A stretch of DNA of 64,000 bases, taken from positions 64,001 through 128,000 of the forward strand of contig JAKFCT010000028.1 of the NCBI GenBank assembly GCA_036676495.1. The letters run 5' to 3'. Made by a program: the position numbers and the translations under genes. This DNA comes from Candidatus Sericytochromatia bacterium (lineage in GTDB: Bacteria; Cyanobacteriota; Sericytochromatia; S15B-MN24; UBA4093). This document shows positions 54,579 to 64,000 of this stretch, piece after piece (the first letter of the stretch is position 1; the number at the start of each line of letters is the position of its first letter). The notes beneath the pieces are model-generated. The model had not been told where the DNA came from. It made no database searches and worked only from the letters and a program-made list of their open reading frames with translations.

Positions 54579-55475
54579 ATGGCAGCGAAACGCACGTTGG
54601 GTTGGATTTCCGGGTTGACGCTGGCGACCATGATGGCGGGCTGCGCCTCGCAAACCCCCACGGTGACCACCCCGAATCCGACGCTCCCGAACACCGGTCC
54701 GGCGATCATCGATGGCGACACGATCATCGTTCGGAGCGACCTCTCGGTGATGGGAGTGTCCGGCGAGAACCTCGAGACCCGCTTCAACGCCAAGGAGTTC
54801 GAGTCCTTGCCCGGGCGCATCGCGGTGGACAGCCCTGAGGCGAAGACCCTGATCCCCAGTGGAGGCATGGGCGCCCCGGCTCCGGCTCCCGTCCCTGGCC
54901 CCGGTCCGGGGATCTGTCCCCCGGTGGGGGCCGCCCTGGGTCCCTTCAACCTGAACTTCCCTGGCCTCTGGGCGGGCTCATTTGCGGGCGGCCCCGGTTA
55001 CTGTCCGGCGCCCTACGGCTTCGCGTTCGGTACCCCGGCCGTCTTCCCCAAGACCTTGTTCATTCACCCTGACGTCTACTACTTCCGTCGTAACGCCCTG
55101 TACTTCCCGTACTCGCGTCTGGGCGGCTACTTCTATCCCATCTCGGTCCCGTACGGCGCCCGCTTCTACACCCCGTTCCTAGCCTACGGCTACGGTAGCT
55201 TCGCCCCGTACACCTACACGTCCGCGACCTGTCCGCTACCTGCTCCCTTCCCCGGTCAGCTGCCCTGTGGCCCTGGCATTGGTGGCCCCGGCATCGGTGC
55301 TGGAGCTCCCGGCGGCTACATCCCGCCCGGCGCGGGGGGTCCTGGCATGGGCAACGGCGGTGGCTACGACCAAGGCCAGCAGCAGCAATACGGCAAGCAC
55401 CAGAAGCATGACAAGCAAATGGGCTACGGCCGGCAGATGGGCCGGCAGATGGGCACGGGTGCCCGCAGCTACTAA
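54579..55475 (+). CDS. Hypothetical lipoprotein with Tyr/Pro-rich core and Gly/Pro/Gln low-complexity tail
   Basis: RBS aaggagg; lipobox MAGC; homologous to the next gene. Confidence 0.8.
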   Translation: MAAKRTLGWISGLTLATMMAGCASQTPTVTTPNPTLPNTGPAIIDGDTIIVRSDLSVMGVSGENLETRFNAKEFESLPGRIAVDSPEAKTLIPSGGMGAPAPAPVPGPGPGICPPVGAALGPFNLNFPGLWAGSFAGGPGYCPAPYGFAFGTPAVFPKTLFIHPDVYYFRRNALYFPYSRLGGYFYPISVPYGARFYTPFLAYGYGSFAPYTYTSATCPLPAPFPGQLPCGPGIGGPGIGAGAPGGYIPPGAGGPGMGNGGGYDQGQQQQYGKHQKHDKQMGYGRQMGRQMGTGARSY

Positions 55476-55620
55476 CGACTAACCGGTTCCAGTCAGTGCA
55501 GGGAGCTCCCTGCACAAAGGTGGCGGCTCGGTCTCGAGCCTACGTGGCCCACGCGCCGCTGCCAGGGGGGCCCCCACCCGGGGGCCCCTCATTCCACCGT
55601 CCATGACCAAAGGAGGCGTC

Positions 55621-56172
55621 ATGCTGGCTCACCTCTCTCCCCCTCTCGGCATCTCCATCCTCTCCAACGCCGCCCTGCACATTCCACGCCCGAGCGATCG
55701 CCCCCAGCGAGAGACCCGCAGCAAACTCCCGTCCTCCCTCGGCCACTGCGTCACGCGGGAGGACATCCACAACCTCCCCGCCACCCTCCCCTACGGCCCG
55801 GACTCCGGGCTGATCGCCTCCCACGACCTCGAGGTCCGCTACAAGGGGCTCTGGCACGGCATGCTCGCCTCTCCGGATCAACCGCTCCCCGACACCGAGG
55901 GCTTTCATCCCGGCACCACTCCCGCCCTCCCGAAGCCACTCCTGATCCATCCCGACATCCGCTACCTGCGCCGCGACGTGCTCTACGCCCCCTACCTCCG
56001 GCGCGGAGACGAGGAATACCTGCTCTGCCTGTCCTTCCAAAAGCGTACCCACACCCCCTTCCTGATCGGCATCGACGGGCTCTTCGTCCCCTTCGTCTAC
56101 GTCTCCGAGGAAAACTCCCATCAGCCGACCTTTCCCGGGGACCCGGCCCGCTGCTGCGGCCTCAGGAAGTAA
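55621..56172 (+). CDS. Hypothetical protein, signal-less paralog of 54579-55475
   Basis: RBS aaggagg; shared GLW.G and PK.L.IHPD..Y.RR..LY.PY.R...TPFL motifs; terminator at 56193-56224. Confidence 0.75.
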   Translation: MLAHLSPPLGISILSNAALHIPRPSDRPQRETRSKLPSSLGHCVTREDIHNLPATLPYGPDSGLIASHDLEVRYKGLWHGMLASPDQPLPDTEGFHPGTTPALPKPLLIHPDIRYLRRDVLYAPYLRRGDEEYLLCLSFQKRTHTPFLIGIDGLFVPFVYVSEENSHQPTFPGDPARCCGLRK

Positions 56173-56247
56173 CTCAACGCCCGGCATGACGCAAGCCCCC
56201 CGCGGCCATTCCGCGGGGGGCTTTCAACGACGTCGTGAGGCGGGAGG

Positions 56248-57594
56248 TTACTTGCCGGCGATCGCCAGATCCGCCACCAGCACCGACGGACACGCCACCG
56301 CCGAGGACTGGTACTCCACGTCCGAACCCACCGCCTCCACCGACTCCAGCAACCGGTACCAGTTCCCCGAGACCGTGAAGTTGTGGATCGGAGCGACCCG
56401 CTTGCCGTGCTCGTAGAGGAAGCCCTCCGCCTGCAGCGAGAAATCCCCCGAGATGGCGTTGGCGCCCGCATGCAGCCCCGTCACGTGCGTGACGTAGAGC
56501 GTCCGCTCATGCCGCGACAGCAGCGCTTCAGGTGTGGCCTCGCCCGGCACCAAAATCAGGTTGCTCGGCGCCACCCCCAGGATCCCCTTGTAGCCGCCCC
56601 GAGCCGCATGACCGGTCGACTCCACGCCGTCCTTGCGCGCCGTCTCCGCGTTGTAGAGGAACGTCTTGAAGACGCCTTCCTCGATCAAGCTGACGCGCCG
56701 CGAGGGGCAGCCCTCATCGTCGAAGGGACGCGCGCCCCAGCCTTCCAGGTGCAGCGGATCGTCCACCAGGGTCACGACCGACGACGCCACCCGCTCCCCG
56801 ACCTTGCCGCGCAGCAGGCTCTTGCCCTCCTGGGCCGTCTTCGACGAGAAGATCCCGCAGAAGACGCTGATCAAGTCCCCGAAGGTCTCCGGGTCGAAGA
56901 CCACCGGGTACGTCCCCGAGGCCACTTCCTGCGAGCCCAGCTTCTCCAGCGCGCGCTCCACGGCTTCCTTGGCGATCGCCTCGGGATCGATATGGTCGAA
57001 GTCCCGCGTCACCTTGATCTGGTAGTAGGTCTTGTGCTCGCCGTCCTGCGTCACCAGCGGCACCGTCGCGACGTACGCGCTCGACGACCGGTACATCCGA
57101 TCGATCCCCTTCGTCGAGACCACCCGCAGGAAGCCATGCGCATCCGAGTAGCCCGTCGAGGTGACGTTCTTGATGCGCGGATCCGCCGCCTTGGCAATCC
57201 GCTCCAGGCTCATGGCCGCCTCGATCTTCCGCGGCAGCGGTACTTCCGCGAGGTCGGGCCGATACAGCTCGGGCATCTCCGGAGTCTCCCCCGGGAAGTC
57301 GGCCAAGCCCCGCTCCGGAGCCGCCTCCAGCAGCGCGGCGTTATGGGCCGCTTTCTCCAGCGTGCGCTCCAAGGCCTCCGCGGAGAGATCCTCCGAGTAG
57401 GCGTAGCCCACCCGGCCGTCCCGGATCACCCGGATGCCCGCTCCGCGGGAGTCCGAGAGCGAGAACTGATCGATCTCGCCGTCCTGGACCCGGATGGTCG
57501 TGGCGGTGGAAGCGCGAAGGTAGACCTCGGCCTCGAGGCCGAGTCGGCGCGCCTGCGCGATGACGCCCTGGGTTTCGTTGGTATAGGTATTCAC
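56248..57594 (-). CDS. pmbA: TldE/PmbA metalloprotease subunit
   Basis: FDDEG, STGHAAR, GANAISGDFS motifs; no HExxH; downstream of tldD. Confidence 0.9.
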   Translation of the reverse strand: MNTYTNETQGVIAQARRLGLEAEVYLRASTATTIRVQDGEIDQFSLSDSRGAGIRVIRDGRVGYAYSEDLSAEALERTLEKAAHNAALLEAAPERGLADFPGETPEMPELYRPDLAEVPLPRKIEAAMSLERIAKAADPRIKNVTSTGYSDAHGFLRVVSTKGIDRMYRSSSAYVATVPLVTQDGEHKTYYQIKVTRDFDHIDPEAIAKEAVERALEKLGSQEVASGTYPVVFDPETFGDLISVFCGIFSSKTAQEGKSLLRGKVGERVASSVVTLVDDPLHLEGWGARPFDDEGCPSRRVSLIEEGVFKTFLYNAETARKDGVESTGHAARGGYKGILGVAPSNLILVPGEATPEALLSRHERTLYVTHVTGLHAGANAISGDFSLQAEGFLYEHGKRVAPIHNFTVSGNWYRLLESVEAVGSDVEYQSSAVACPSVLVADLAIAGK

Positions 57595-57612
57595 TGAACT
57601 CTCCTTCAGGCG

Positions 57613-59025
57613 CTAGCGTCCGCCGACCACGATCTCGCTCACCCGCAGGGGCGGCTGACCGACCGTGACCGGAATGGATCCCGAGATCGACCCGCACATC
57701 CCCTCGGCCAGGGCCAGGTCGCGGCCCACCATGTCGATCTTCATGAGGATGTCCGCCCCGTTCCCGATCAGGGTGGCGCCGCGCACGGGCTCGGCGATCT
57801 TGCCGTCGCGAATCATGTAGGCCTCGCGCACGGAGAAGTTGAAGTCTCCCGTGCCCGGCGAGACCGAACCGCCTCCCATCCGCTTGGCGTAGAGGCCGTA
57901 AGGCACCGAGGCGAGCAGCTCGTCGAGGCTGTACTCGCCCGGGGCGATGAAGGTGTTGCGCATCCGCGAGGTCGGAGCGTAGCGGTACGACTCGCGCCGT
58001 CCCGAGCCGGTGGGCGTGTAGCCCGTCTTGCGCGCGCCCAGCTTGTCGACCATGTAGGAGGTCAGGATGCCGTTCGAGATGAGGGTGGTCTTCTGGGTGG
58101 GAGCTCCCTCGTCGTCGATGGCCAGCGAGCCCCAGGCGCCGTCGATGGTCCCGTCGTCGAGCGCGGTCACCGCCGAGTGTGCGATCTGCTGGCCGAGCTT
58201 GCCCGCCAGCACCGAGGCTCCCGTCGCGACCGAGGTCGTCTCCAGCAGGTGCCCGCAAGCCTCATGGAAGATCACTCCCCCGAAGCCGTTGTCGATCACC
58301 ACGGGCATCTTGCCCGACGGCGCGTAGCCGGCCTTCAGCATCGTGAGGGCGACCTGGGCCACCCGCTCGGCGAGGTCCTCGACGTCGAGCCCCTCGATGA
58401 ACTCGAAGCCCTGAAGGGCACCGGGGCTCTCGGAGGCCGTCTGGAACTCGCCGTCCCCGGTGGCGATCGCCGACAGGTTGAAGCGGATGTAAGGCCGCAC
58501 GTCCGTCGCCCAGAGCCCTTCCGAGTTGGCGATCAGCACGTGCTGAAGCTGCTCCGACAGGGAGATGTCCACCTGGGAGATCTCGGCCCCCACCGCCCGC
58601 GCGGCCTTGTCGGCCCGCTCGAAAAGCGCGATCTTGCGCTCGGCGCTGATCCCGAAGGGACTCTTGTAGAGCGCCAGCGTCCGCTCGGGGGCAGGCTCGG
58701 CCAGAGGGGCGCGGGTATGGCGCTCCGGGGCCTGATGGGTCTGGCTCACGGCTTTCGCGAGCGCCAAGAGGCCCTCGCGCGACAGGTCGTTGGTATGGGC
58801 GTACACCGCGCGGGTGCCGTAGAAGGCCCGCACGCCGGCCCCGCGGGAATGCCCCGAGGCCGCGTTCTTGATCCGGCTGTCCAGGAAGCTCAACCCCGCG
58901 GTCTGGCGATCCTCGACGAAGATCTCGGCGAAGTCCGCGCCACCCGTGAGGGCCATGTCGATCACGTCCCCGGCGAGTTGCCGATCGATCAACGCCTCCG
59001 CCAGGCTCGTGGATTTTGCGGTCAT
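57613..59025 (-). CDS. tldD: TldD metalloprotease subunit
   Basis: GGADFAEIF, FHEACGHLLE, DDEG, TGSGRRESY, SRMRNT, GMCGS.SG. Confidence 0.93.
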   Translation of the reverse strand: MTAKSTSLAEALIDRQLAGDVIDMALTGGADFAEIFVEDRQTAGLSFLDSRIKNAASGHSRGAGVRAFYGTRAVYAHTNDLSREGLLALAKAVSQTHQAPERHTRAPLAEPAPERTLALYKSPFGISAERKIALFERADKAARAVGAEISQVDISLSEQLQHVLIANSEGLWATDVRPYIRFNLSAIATGDGEFQTASESPGALQGFEFIEGLDVEDLAERVAQVALTMLKAGYAPSGKMPVVIDNGFGGVIFHEACGHLLETTSVATGASVLAGKLGQQIAHSAVTALDDGTIDGAWGSLAIDDEGAPTQKTTLISNGILTSYMVDKLGARKTGYTPTGSGRRESYRYAPTSRMRNTFIAPGEYSLDELLASVPYGLYAKRMGGGSVSPGTGDFNFSVREAYMIRDGKIAEPVRGATLIGNGADILMKIDMVGRDLALAEGMCGSISGSIPVTVGQPPLRVSEIVVGGR

Positions 59026-59135
59026 GAGGGCCTCCTTTGCTCCGAACATCACTGAAAACCCCATGTTACCACGCCCTGCCGGACCCTTGGCTGATTGGCT
59101 AACTTGGGGTTAAGATGATCCCTGAAGGAGTCACC

Positions 59136-60641
59136 ATGATGCAGATTCAGGCCACCCAATCCCCGGTAAACACCCTCGCCACCGATGCCCTCCTCGTGGG
59201 CGTCTTCGCCGAAGCCCCCCTGGAAGGCGCGATCGCCGCTCTCGACGAAACCCTGGGAGGTGCCATCGCCGCCCTGAGCCGAGACCTCCCCTTCAAGGCC
59301 GAGGTCGGCGAATCCGAGACCCTCTTCCGCCCCAGCGGCATCAAGGCCAAGCGACTCATCGTCGTCGGCCTCGGCAAGCAGCCGGATCTCACCTCCGAGA
59401 CCCTTCGCAAGGCCTTCGGTGAAGCCATCCAGGGCCTGATCGGCACCCCGGTCTCCAAGGCCGCCCTCCTCCTGGACGGCGTCGGCCCGCTCGGCTGGGA
59501 GAAAGCCGCCTCGGCCGCCATCGAGGCCGTCGTGCTCGGCAGCTACCGCTACAAGCGTTACCTCACCTCCGGCAAGGACGAGCACCGGGCTCCCGAAGCC
59601 CTCACCCTGCTCGTCCCCAAGAACGGGGACCTGAAGGCCGCCAAGGCCGGCGCCGAACGGGCCCGCCTGGTCTGCGAAGCGGCCAACTGGGTTCGCGACC
59701 TGGTGAACACCCCCGGCGGCGACCTCACGGCCTCCGACCTGGCCGCCGAAGCCCGCGGCATGGCCGAATCGCGCGGCATCACCTGCAAGGTGCTCGGCAA
59801 GAAGGAGCTTGAAAAGCAAGGCTTCGGCGCCCTCCTCGGCGTCAACCAGGGCTCGACCGAGCCTCCCGCCTTCATCATCCTGGAGTATCGGGGTGGCAAG
59901 AAGTCGGACAAGCCCGTCGTGCTCGTCGGCAAGGGCGTGACCTTCGATACCGGCGGCCTCTGCATCAAGCCCGCCAAGGGCATGGAAGAGATGAAGACCG
60001 ACATGGGCGGCGCCGGCGCCGTGCTCGGCACCCTGCGGGCCGCCGCGGACCTCAAGCTCCCCGTCAACCTCGTCGGCCTCATCCCCTCCACCGACAACAT
60101 GCCCAGCGGCAGCGCCCTGAAGCCCGGCGACGTCGTCAAGACCTACAACGGCATGACCATGGAGATCGTCGATACCGACGCCGAAGGCCGCGTCATCCTC
60201 TCGGATGCCCTCGGCTACGCCGCCAAGAACTACGACGCCAAGGCCATCATCGACCTGGCCACCCTGACGGGCTCGATCATCGTCTCCCTCGGCATGCACG
60301 TCACCGGCATGTTCGGCAAAGACAAGGATCAGGCCCTCCTGGACCGGATCTACGCCATCGGCCAGGAGACCGGCGAAAAGGTCTGGCAGATGCCCACCTG
60401 GGACGTCTACGAGGACCTGGTCAAGTCCGAGATCGCCGACGTGAAGAACTCCGACCCGCGCCGGGGGGATGCGATCGCCGCCGCCATGCTGCTCGGCAAG
60501 TTCGTGGGGGACCAAACCTGGGTCCACCTCGACATCGCGGGCCCTTCCTGGGCTGAATCCCCCAAGGCCTACTATGATGCCGGGGCGACGGGGCACGGAG
60601 TGCGCCTGCTGACCGAGCTCCTGCGGAACTGGGAAGCCTAG
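59136..60641 (+). CDS. pepA: Leucyl aminopeptidase (M17)
   Basis: LVGKGVTFDTGG, MKTDMGG, DTDAEGR, DLATLTG, WVHLDIAG. Confidence 0.95.
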   Translation: MMQIQATQSPVNTLATDALLVGVFAEAPLEGAIAALDETLGGAIAALSRDLPFKAEVGESETLFRPSGIKAKRLIVVGLGKQPDLTSETLRKAFGEAIQGLIGTPVSKAALLLDGVGPLGWEKAASAAIEAVVLGSYRYKRYLTSGKDEHRAPEALTLLVPKNGDLKAAKAGAERARLVCEAANWVRDLVNTPGGDLTASDLAAEARGMAESRGITCKVLGKKELEKQGFGALLGVNQGSTEPPAFIILEYRGGKKSDKPVVLVGKGVTFDTGGLCIKPAKGMEEMKTDMGGAGAVLGTLRAAADLKLPVNLVGLIPSTDNMPSGSALKPGDVVKTYNGMTMEIVDTDAEGRVILSDALGYAAKNYDAKAIIDLATLTGSIIVSLGMHVTGMFGKDKDQALLDRIYAIGQETGEKVWQMPTWDVYEDLVKSEIADVKNSDPRRGDAIAAAMLLGKFVGDQTWVHLDIAGPSWAESPKAYYDAGATGHGVRLLTELLRNWEA

Positions 60642-60779
60642 ACACCCCCGACGGGCGACGCGATGGCGTCGCCCGTCACCGTTCAAGGGGTGGGCCGGAT
60701 CGCCCCCCTCCCCGAGCCAACGCCCGTGGCCCCGCTGCGAATCGCGGTGACCCGGGTAAATAGGCCCCAGGGGGAATGT

Positions 60780-62042
60780 ATGCCGCAAAACACGCCGACC
60801 CAGAAACCGATCGCCGCTCCGCCCGGCACCCGAAACGCCGCCACCGGAACGGAGCCAGCAGACACGCGCATCCTGAGCCTCGACGTCCTGAGGGGGGTGG
60901 CGCTTCTCGGCATCCTGATCGTCAACATGCGCCACTTCGCCACTCCGGCGCTCTACCTGGCCGGAGCCCCGCGAGACGGCGCCTTGCCGCTCGATCGCCT
61001 CGTGGACGGCCTGATCGCCGTCTTCGCACAAGGCAAGTTCTTTCCCCTGTTCTCGTTTCTCTTCGGGCTCGGACTCGCCCTTCAACTGATCCGCTGGGAA
61101 GCCAAGGGCATCCCCACCACGCGCCGCTTCATCCGACGCCTTGGCGTCCTGCTCGGCATCGGCCTCCTCCACGCGACCGTCATCTGGTCCGGCGATATCC
61201 TCGCCAAGTATGCCGCCCTGGGCCTGATCTTCCTGGTCGCGCTGAAACTCCCCCCACGCCTCTTGCTCGCAGGCTCCGCCGCCCTCCTCGCGATCCCGGT
61301 GCTCCTCACCGGCTCGGGACTCGAGGACCGCCTGGCGTCCCTCGCCGGCTTCTCCACCGCCCCCGCGGACCTCCAGGTGCTCGCCGACCGCTCCATGGCC
61401 GCCTACGGAAGCGGCTCCTTCGCCGAGATGACCCGCCAGCGCCTGACGGACTTCACCTTCCGTCTCGTCCACTGGCCCTACCTCTCCGGACTTCTCACCA
61501 TCCTCAGCATGTTCTGCCTGGGCGCCTACGCCGGACGCCGGGGCCTCTTCGAGCCCCCGCTGGCGGGACGCTTCCGCACGATCCTGCTCGCGAGCCTGGG
61601 AGTCTTCGCGGCCTCCCTGGCAGCCTTCGCCGCGTCGCGCGGCCTGCCGGCGCTCGCCGTCCCCCCGGTCCTTAAGACCCTTCACCTCGCCGGAAACCTC
61701 TCCATGACCGCGTTCTACGTCGCGGGGCTGGTCCTGCTGCTCGAAAGCGCCCCCTGGCGCTCATGGCTCAGCCCCTTTGCTTCGGCCGGACGCATGGCGC
61801 TCACCAACTACCTGCTCCAATCGCTGCTGGCCACGGCCATCTTTTATGGCACCGGCCTTTACGGCCGGCTCGGCTCCGCCGCCTGTCTCGGCTTGACCCT
61901 CGCCATCTTCGTCTTTCAAGTCCTGTTGAGCCGCTATTGGCTCGAACACTTCCGCTTCGGCCCCCTCGAATGGCTCTGGCGCTGGGCGACCTACGGCGAA
62001 CGGCCCGAGATGCGCCGCAAACAGCCGACAAGCGCCGCATGA
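60780..62042 (+). CDS. DUF418 (YeiB-like) membrane protein
   Basis: RILSLDVLRGVALLGI, FSFLFG, GRMALTNYLLQS, GPLEWLWR. Confidence 0.92.
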   Translation: MPQNTPTQKPIAAPPGTRNAATGTEPADTRILSLDVLRGVALLGILIVNMRHFATPALYLAGAPRDGALPLDRLVDGLIAVFAQGKFFPLFSFLFGLGLALQLIRWEAKGIPTTRRFIRRLGVLLGIGLLHATVIWSGDILAKYAALGLIFLVALKLPPRLLLAGSAALLAIPVLLTGSGLEDRLASLAGFSTAPADLQVLADRSMAAYGSGSFAEMTRQRLTDFTFRLVHWPYLSGLLTILSMFCLGAYAGRRGLFEPPLAGRFRTILLASLGVFAASLAAFAASRGLPALAVPPVLKTLHLAGNLSMTAFYVAGLVLLLESAPWRSWLSPFASAGRMALTNYLLQSLLATAIFYGTGLYGRLGSAACLGLTLAIFVFQVLLSRYWLEHFRFGPLEWLWRWATYGERPEMRRKQPTSAA

Positions 62043-62101
62043 ACGAGGAAGACCCGCCGGAGCCGGCGGGTCTTCGTGTGAAAGTGGATCGGCCTTGGAG
62101 G

Positions 62102-62494
62102 CTAGAGCGGGGTCGGCTTGCCGGAGCCATCGATCGCCACGAAGATCGTCTCCGCCTCGGTCACCTTGACCACGATATCCGGATTCGAGGCGCGCTGGGC
62201 CTCGACGCAGACCGCCACCGTGATGGACGTCCGCCCCTTCTTGACCAGCGTGGCGTAGAAGCTCACGGTATCCCCCACGAAAACCGGCTCATGGAAGACA
62301 ATCTCCCGCATTGCCACGGTCACGATCTTGTTTCGGGTATGCCGCTGGGCCTCCACGGCCCCCGCAAGGTCGATGTAGCTCATGATGACCCCACCGAAGA
62401 TGGTTCCCTGAGCATTGGTATCCTTGGGAAGCAGCATGACGCGGATGGCGGGCTGCAATTCGGCATTACGGCTGGATGGCGACGACTCGGACAT
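62102..62494 (-). CDS. Acyl-CoA thioesterase (YciA hotdog family)
   Basis: PKDTN..G.IFGG..MS.ID.AG, FHEPV.VGD, GRTS, FVAID. Confidence 0.92.
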   Translation of the reverse strand: MSESSPSSRNAELQPAIRVMLLPKDTNAQGTIFGGVIMSYIDLAGAVEAQRHTRNKIVTVAMREIVFHEPVFVGDTVSFYATLVKKGRTSITVAVCVEAQRASNPDIVVKVTEAETIFVAIDGSGKPTPL

Positions 62495-62599
62495 GGATTC
62501 CCTCCGTTTCTGGTTGAACGCCCCCATGATAGCAAATCGGCGCCGTAACGCCATTCTCCGGCGGATGCGCTAGAATGATCCTCCAGGAAAGGAGTCCCC

Positions 62600-63226
62600 A
62601 TGATCGTCGAAACCCTGGCCGTCGGACCTCTCGGCTGCAATTGCACCATTCTCGGCTGCCCCGAAACCCGCAAAGCCATCGTGGTCGATCCCGGGGGGGA
62701 CGCCGAGCGGATCGCCGCCGTGCTCGACCGGCACGGCCTCAAACCGGTCGCCGCCTTCCACACGCATGCGCACTTCGATCACGTGCTGGCCACTCCCGAG
62801 CTCAAAGCACGCTACGGGCTGGAAATATACCTCCATGCCGACGACCTCCCCCTCTACGAGAACCTCGCCATGCAGGGCGCCTTCTTCGGCTTCTCGCTTC
62901 CCGACCCCCTTCCGGTCGATCGCTTCGTCGCCGACCGGGAGGACCTGGCCGTCGGCTCCGAGCACGGAGAGGTGATCCACACGCCGGGACACACGCCGGG
63001 GTCGATCTGCTTCCACGTCGGTTCCGAAAAGCTGCTGCTCACCGGGGACACGCTCTTCGCCGGAGGCGTCGGCCGCACCGACCTCTGGGGCGGCTCGGAA
63101 GCCTCCCTGATGCGCTCCATTCACGAGCGCCTGCTGACGCTGGATCCCATGACCCGGGTCATCCCCGGCCACGGCCCCGAGACCACCCTGGGCGAAGAAG
63201 CCCGGAGCAATCCCTTCCTCCGCTGA
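62600..63226 (+). CDS. MBL-fold metallo-hydrolase (glyoxalase II / YcbL-like)
   Basis: THAHFDH, TPGHTPGS, GDTLF..GVGRTD, PGHG. Confidence 0.93.
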   Translation: MIVETLAVGPLGCNCTILGCPETRKAIVVDPGGDAERIAAVLDRHGLKPVAAFHTHAHFDHVLATPELKARYGLEIYLHADDLPLYENLAMQGAFFGFSLPDPLPVDRFVADREDLAVGSEHGEVIHTPGHTPGSICFHVGSEKLLLTGDTLFAGGVGRTDLWGGSEASLMRSIHERLLTLDPMTRVIPGHGPETTLGEEARSNPFLR

Positions 63227-63246
63227 ATCTGGGCGAGCCGCGTCCC

Positions 63247-63693
63247 TCAGGGGGCGACGCGGCTCGACTCGCTCACCTCGACGATGGCCTTGAAGCGCTT
63301 CAGGTCATCGTCGATGGCATGGGAGGGATCGCGGCGGAAGGCCTTCGCGACGAGATCCCCGACCACTCCGGCCGGCGTGTGGTAGTACATCGAGACATGA
63401 ACCCGGGTCCGCTGCGGCCCCAGCTCGACGAAGCGAACGACCCCGTCGTTGCGCAACTGCCCGCCGGTCGAGCGCCATGAGATATGATCGTTCTCCACGT
63501 CCTCCATGACTTCGGCGTCCCAATGGACGTTCACTCCCAGGGGAGCATCCGCGATCCAGTGGTAGCGGCCCTCCTCGCCGCGGACCTCCTTCACGTGGCT
63601 CATGAAGCGTGGGAAGTTCCCGAAGTTGGCCCAGAAACGGTAGACGCGCCCGATGGGGGCGTCGACGTCGATCGTCTTATCCACCCGCGACAT
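63247..63693 (-). CDS. SRPBCC / polyketide cyclase-like protein
   Basis: IDVDAP...VY.FW..F.NFPRFM, WDAEV, ISWRS, G.VRF, DLKRFK. Confidence 0.88.
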   Translation of the reverse strand: MSRVDKTIDVDAPIGRVYRFWANFGNFPRFMSHVKEVRGEEGRYHWIADAPLGVNVHWDAEVMEDVENDHISWRSTGGQLRNDGVVRFVELGPQRTRVHVSMYYHTPAGVVGDLVAKAFRRDPSHAIDDDLKRFKAIVEVSESSRVAP

Positions 63694-63869
63694 GGTTCTC
63701 TCCCTTGCCCGCCTCGCGGGACATGCCCAGCGCCCCCATCTTAGCGCGGGGCTCGGAGATGACAACGGCGCCCCGGCGGGTGTAGCATGGCGTGAATCCA
63801 GCCGCGGGCGCCCATTCAAGCCGCAAGCGCGCCGCCCGCGCGTCCCGCAAGCAATACCAGGAGGAAGCC

Positions 63870-64000
63870 TTGACTCACGTCCACGGTCCCAACTGCAACC
63901 ACGATCACGGCCATTCCCACGGCCATTCGCACGCCCCCTACGTCGCCCCGCCCAAGGTGGGCCGCAACGATCCCTGTCCCTGTGGAAGCGGCAAGAAGCA
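63870..64000 (+). CDS. His-rich SEC-C motif protein (partial, runs off right edge)
   Basis: RBS aggagg; TTG start; MTHVHGPNCNHDHGHSHGHSHAPYVAPPKVGRNDPCPCGSGKK. Confidence 0.85.
   Translation, partial: MTHVHGPNCNHDHGHSHGHSHAPYVAPPKVGRNDPCPCGSGKK

Noticed and set aside
54585-54597. 13-nt match GCGAAACGCACGT to the variable insert of element B (47430-47442)
   Set aside because: A 13-mer match is plausible by chance when 38 nt is scanned against both strands of 64 kb of high-GC DNA; not evidence of targeting
56248-59025. tldD/tldE as part of a RiPP (microcin-type) cluster with the Gly-rich 54579 protein as precursor
   Set aside because: No YcaO, dehydrogenase, radical SAM enzyme or exporter nearby; tldDE is a widespread housekeeping pair, and the Gly-rich protein is a lipoprotein

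Overview
A 64-kb, high-GC (about 65-70% by eye) chromosomal window from a diderm bacterium (outer-membrane beta-barrel, many lipoproteins). Cyanobacteria-like secG/Opp/GH57 genes, pho-box-like repeats and frequent GCGATCGC without photosynthesis genes tentatively suggest a non-photosynthetic cyanobacterial relative such as Sericytochromatia; this is inference only. In order: two GH57 glycogen enzymes; a PepSY/two-component locus; M28 peptidase; GH38 mannosidase; FadD; a Kelch-Kelch-subtilase lipoprotein operon; an O-antigen-ligase/TPR protein; Opp permeases with two tandem OppA; secG; apt; a HisJ-family phosphatase; a mevalonate operon lacking HMG-CoA synthase; a MocR regulator; a Zur-type zinc cluster; a leucine-catabolism (yng-like) operon; two paralogous unknown proteins; tldD/tldE; pepA; and housekeeping genes. 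No rRNA, tRNA, CRISPR, transposase, integrase or reverse transcriptase was recognised. The most notable unexplained signal is a pair of ~170-190-nt structured non-coding elements (45020-45211 minus, 47319-47490 plus). They share two conserved cores with compensatory base changes, separated by variable inserts of exactly 38 nt. All calls come from reading motifs by eye; no database searches were run.
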